From Trichomonas gallinae (taxonomy: Eukaryota), in the NCBI GenBank assembly GCA_008369845.1, contig MRSU01005913.1, positions 1-35,529 on the forward strand: DNA of 35,529 nt, written 5' to 3'. The position numbers and the translations under genes were made by a program. Of the stretch, positions 31,491 to 35,529 are shown in pieces. Under the pieces are notes generated by a model. It had not been told where the DNA came from. It did no database searches and was given only the letters and a program-made list of their open reading frames with translations. Position 1 is the stretch's first letter. The number at the start of each line of letters is the position of its first letter.

Positions 31491-32921
31491 TTATCTAATG
31501 CTGAATCTTGATCTGCCTGCTCCAATTGAGATATTAGCTTTCTTCTTAGCATCGAAGTAATGATGATTGAGGGCATTTTCGGCCGTTATTCTTTGATCTG
31601 GGTTCCACATGAAGCATTTTTCGAGCAAGTCAACAAGCTCAGGATCCGCAAGTCTCATCATGCTTCTGAATGGAATAGATTTAGGCACACGCTTCTTCTT
31701 TTTACTATTTTTATGTATCGGCTTCAAGTTTTCATCGAAAAAGTGATATGAACGCGAACCCTCCTTTATTATATCTTCAGGGGGAATTCCAAACACTTCC
31801 ATCTGCATTTCAATGAGCTCTGCCTCGTTTTCAGCTGGAAACATAGGCCTTCCCGTCAACATCTCAACGATTATGCAGGCAAAACTCCATATATCCATAG
31901 GCGGACCATAAGGAATGCCTAGAACAACTTCTGGAGCCCTGTAAAATCTGCTCTGAATATACTCGAAGTGAGCTGTTCCATCGAAGCAGCCACTGCCGAA
32001 ATCAAGAATCCTGCAGTTGATTGTGGAGCCAGGAATGAAAGCGACATTTTCTGGTTTCAAATCGCAATGAACAACACCGTGTGAATGGCAGAATTTTAGG
32101 CCAAAGAGAATCTTCTTCGCAACTAGCTTAATTTGACGAGCAGAAAATGGATTGAATCTGATTGATCTGCTGTATTCATATAAATTCTTGCCTAAAACTT
32201 CAAAAGTAGCGCAAACATGGCCTCTAAATACGAATGAATCCATGTTTTGAACAACACCACTCTTGTGGTTTGGATCCAATCCGTTCAAATGCTGGAGAAT
32301 TGCAATTTCAACACGTCCCTGCTGCTGCATTTGCTGAGTGTTTACGATAACTTTGAGTGCAACATCTTGGTGAGTCTTATGGTCGAGACAGCAGATGACT
32401 TCGCCGAATGCTCCTTTTCCGAAAATCGATTTAATTTCAAATCTGTATGCGAAATGATCACCGATACATATTTTAAGGTGATGGGTTGAGTCATCATATC
32501 CATAATTGTTGATAGGCGTGTTTTTGGGCTGTATTTTCTTTGAATATTGTCCGATATAATAAATTTCTTCAAAACGATCAATTTCTTTCATTTCATATGA
32601 TGTGAGCATGCTCTTGTAGATACTTTTTGCTTGCTCTGCAGTAATTGGGGCGTTTTTAACTATAGGATCCAGTTTTTGTTGTTCAGATTTACCAATTTTC
32701 GATTCAGTTCTTTTGAAGCTAGGATTCGATGCCCTAATGCATATAGATGCTCGCTTCCTTGGTGTACGCGCTGATTTAATATCGTTAACGTGATTTGCTG
32801 CGAAATTAAAGTTTAGTTCAGGAACCGCGTTAGTTTTCTTCTTAACTTCATTGGAGGGTTTTGCCCTTGCAGTAAGAGGGTTCTTTCCTGCTGTTGATAT
32901 ATTTGTTGTCGATTTGTTCAT
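31491..32921 (-). CDS. CMGC protein kinase, class II DYRK (DYRK2-like)
   Basis: NAPA LTSYEMKEI..FEEIYYIG, DH box NNYGYDD...GDHFAYRF, GKGAFG, HCDLKPEN, DFGSGC and FEYIQSRFYRAPE. Confidence 0.93.
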   Translation of the reverse strand: MNKSTTNISTAGKNPLTARAKPSNEVKKKTNAVPELNFNFAANHVNDIKSARTPRKRASICIRASNPSFKRTESKIGKSEQQKLDPIVKNAPITAEQAKSIYKSMLTSYEMKEIDRFEEIYYIGQYSKKIQPKNTPINNYGYDDSTHHLKICIGDHFAYRFEIKSIFGKGAFGEVICCLDHKTHQDVALKVIVNTQQMQQQGRVEIAILQHLNGLDPNHKSGVVQNMDSFVFRGHVCATFEVLGKNLYEYSRSIRFNPFSARQIKLVAKKILFGLKFCHSHGVVHCDLKPENVAFIPGSTINCRILDFGSGCFDGTAHFEYIQSRFYRAPEVVLGIPYGPPMDIWSFACIIVEMLTGRPMFPAENEAELIEMQMEVFGIPPEDIIKEGSRSYHFFDENLKPIHKNSKKKKRVPKSIPFRSMMRLADPELVDLLEKCFMWNPDQRITAENALNHHYFDAKKKANISIGAGRSRFSIR

Positions 32922-33657
32922 TTTTGAAAAAAAACGTTAAATTTTTTGTGAAGTTTGATTAAAACGAATTCAATCATATCATTGAAAAAATTGACAACTC
33001 CACAAAGTTTTCTGAAATGCTATTGAATTTCTATCGTATTTGACACGTAAACAAAATAGACAACAATTAAATTTTACATGACAGATTTTTTTTTAAAACA
33101 ATATCTTCTACTGTTTCAAAACTTGCAGCAAACTTATTACTCCCACAATATAATTGCTATGACAATTTTTTAAAACAATTTCGACAAATGATATATAACT
33201 AAACTTGAGCTTTGGTACTTTTACCATATAATGGTTATGTGTGTATAAGTAATTTTAAAATTTTAAGTTTTGCTAAGATATCGAAAATGATTTTTTTGTT
33301 TAATTATGACCGACTCAGTTTATCTACAGAGTTTTTTTGGTTGATATATCATTTCTTTATGCCAAAATTCAACATTTAATTTTAATTTTCGCAAATCAAG
33401 CATATGGCTAGCATACAACCTCTACAATTTTATAATAATACATGAATCTCGAATCATATTTAAATTTTATCAATTTTATAAATTCAATTTTCTTATTACA
33501 TTGGAAGATCTTTTGTTTCATCATATCCATCATGATTACTTCTTGTTGATAAAACATCATCAGCATGTTTCCGTTTTTATTGGATATTCATACAAATTAT
33601 GACACGTAACAAATATCATGTCAAGTAAACTATCCTTACATGTCAAATAATTCAAAA

Positions 33658-34128
33658 ATGAGTTTCGAGGGTGAATATTGTCATCCTTATATTGACAGAC
33701 AGATTGAAATCCCGGAAGTTGCAGAGGCTGTCAACAAGTTAATAGAAGAGGAAATCAAAAGATCTCCGAAACCCGAATTTATAAAATACAAAATTCCGAA
33801 GCCTCAAATATTACAAATAGTTGAGATACCAAAGGACGATAAAGCTAGATTACAAGATTTATACCATCAAGAAGCCGTTTGCAATGTGATTTCGCGAAGA
33901 CAAGGCGAATTTTGGGAATCAGAGCTTACAGCGCAAGAACAGTATATAAGTTTGTTAAAAATGCAAGAGAAGCAGCTTGAACAAGATATATTCATGATAC
34001 ATAAAAGAAGATTTGAAATGCAGCAGAAAGCAATTCCTCAAATAGAAAGTGCACGCGAAAAAGAAACATTCCTACTTCAGTCTATAGCTCATATGGAAGA
34101 AGAACTTGCAAAACTTTCAGGTAATTAA
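33658..34128 (+). CDS. BCAS2: Spliceosome NTC/Prp19 complex component SPF27/BCAS2 homolog
   Basis: HPYIDRQIEIPEVAEAVNKLIEEEIKR matches the N-terminal LPY.D.....V..LIEEE block, followed by coiled coil IHKRRFEMQ. The start could alternatively be 33640. Confidence 0.68.
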   Translation: MSFEGEYCHPYIDRQIEIPEVAEAVNKLIEEEIKRSPKPEFIKYKIPKPQILQIVEIPKDDKARLQDLYHQEAVCNVISRRQGEFWESELTAQEQYISLLKMQEKQLEQDIFMIHKRRFEMQQKAIPQIESAREKETFLLQSIAHMEEELAKLSGN

Positions 34129-34439
34129 GTCAAATTTTTCCAAAATTGAAAATAACATCCTACAAATATATTATCATCGAGTATGAAATAGTTTCATTAT
34201 AGATTTATCATTCTATATTTGATGAATTCAATTTTATACATAATTGTTTCCAATTATGCTAAATTCATTAATACTCGTTCACAATGCTTCTGTTGTTAAT
34301 AAATATTTATATATTATATTTGATTTTATCATATATTTTTTTCATTTTCTTTCATTATTCAGGAATTATTGCTTATTTTAAGAGTCGGATTCAAAATTGT
34401 TATAAAGATTCTATAATATAGCATTTTTGTGATATTATA

Positions 34440-34670
34440 TCAAAATTCTGAAAGTATTGTTTCAATGGAGACATTCTATGAGGTATCGTATTATGCTATT
34501 CTGGTCGAATGTTTCGGCGGAGTTAAGGGATATTTCATTCTAGCAATCGAATAAAATATTTTAAATATTCGCATTTCATTGAGTGACAACCATGCATTTA
34601 TATGGAGTAACCAAGTTAGATTTATATTGTCCGGTTTGCTTTTCATGAAAATTTTCCAATGTGATGGAAA
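34440..34670 (-). pseudogene. Possible ankyrin-repeat relic
   Basis: A single frame reads *NANI*NILFDC*NEISLNSAETFDQNSIIRYLIECLH*, resembling one ankyrin unit with several stops. Confidence 0.22.
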
Positions 34671-34783
34671 GTAGAGTATTACAAGTTAAGTAATTTCTAA
34701 GGACTGATTAGTATAGTAGTGAATATTCTTTATATATAATAGTTAATAACAGAGATGGATTCCAGTATTTGATAAAATACAAA

Positions 34784-35236
34784 TTAACCGCGGCGGAGAA
34801 TAATGAAAAATCCGCGTTCCGTGTTAATGAACGTTGACATTTCACCAATTCTAAGATCCCATGCAGATTTAATATAATCTTTTGGAAATCTAGAATCTGT
34901 AGCTTCTATCCAACCAACATTACCATCATTATCAGTTTCAATATCTGGACATTTTTCAGATTCTGTTCTAACCATATCTTCGAAAGATTTATTTTCATAA
35001 ACGATTTGATTGAAAATTCGTTTGATTTTTTCCTTCGATTCTTCCGTTTGATTATGTTGCACGAATATTTGAGCAACGTATATAAGAGGCGGCCAATTTA
35101 TATTTCGTTCTGGCTTATATCCTGGATAAGGTATGGGTCGAATCCACGTGGTTTCATTCGTTACCTTGTTGTAGTAATAACAACGCCCGGGATGGTTGAT
35201 CGACTCTTTAAGAACCCAGTCCGGTGGCAATTCCAT
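34784..35236 (-). CDS. Pin1/Ess1-like protein: WW domain plus divergent parvulin PPIase domain
   Basis: WW domain LPPDW...GRCYYYNKVTNETTWIRP; parvulin segments SFEDMVRTESE, GNVGWI and LRIGEMSTFINTERGFFIILR. Confidence 0.88.
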   Translation of the reverse strand: MELPPDWVLKESINHPGRCYYYNKVTNETTWIRPIPYPGYKPERNINWPPLIYVAQIFVQHNQTEESKEKIKRIFNQIVYENKSFEDMVRTESEKCPDIETDNDGNVGWIEATDSRFPKDYIKSAWDLRIGEMSTFINTERGFFIILRRG

Positions 35237-35529
35237 ATCTTTTTACTATGACAATTTAAATTTTACATGACAAATTAGCTCTTTTCCCGTGAAAAGTATC
35301 ATTTTTTATTTTGTTACATCTTGCATCTCAAGCCTCGTCTTCATTATATGCAACAATGAATCAACTTACAAATCCATATAATAACTATTGCCATTATCGA
35401 TTAATATCACATCTTTTATAAAGGTGTTCCGACTCTAATTTCTCTAGCTATTTGGACGAAATTTATAATATAGATTATACTATTGATATGTATGTAAATG
35501 CTAGAATATCTAAGCAAATAGAAACCGGG

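Noticed and set aside
3423..34128. Apparent functional clustering of flagellar (ODA-DC, TTLL, CFAP418) or RNA-processing (LSm, Mtr4-like, SPF27) genes
   Set aside because: The genes are interspersed, on mixed strands and from large functional classes; there is no evidence of a co-regulated cluster.

Overview
AT-rich, gene-dense eukaryotic DNA, most likely from a trichomonad (Trichomonas vaginalis or a close relative). That assignment is inferred from almost intronless genes, one 25-nt intron of the trichomonad short type, TCA(Y)T initiator-like motifs, C-ending codon bias in a highly expressed gene and trichomonad-style ankyrin repeats. The window holds a tRNA-Val(GAC) and about 20 protein genes: three coiled-coil proteins, an outer-dynein-arm docking subunit (ODAD1/CCDC114 family), Vps45, two class II DYRK kinases, an Sm/LSm protein, a TTLL glutamylase, a small acylated protein, a degenerate Mtr4/Ski2-like helicase, an HhH glycosylase-like protein, CFAP418, Naa15, AP-2 alpha adaptin, a single-TM protein, a CHORD/BTK-like zinc-finger protein, a surface protein, SPF27/BCAS2 and a divergent Pin1. 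It also holds ankyrin pseudogene relics. The main things the ORF track misses are: (1) a 25-nt intron that completes the Sm/LSm gene; (2) a 176-bp element with 15-bp terminal inverted repeats and an 8-9 bp flanking direct repeat (MITE or structured RNA); (3) two apparent pseudoenzymes (Mtr4-like, Pin1-like); (4) a possibly laterally acquired HhH protein; (5) a surface-protein gene whose ATG is out of frame and sits in a hairpin; and (6) a recurring TGACA/TGTCA promoter motif with palindromic pairs. No multi-gene novel system is demonstrable from the sequence alone.
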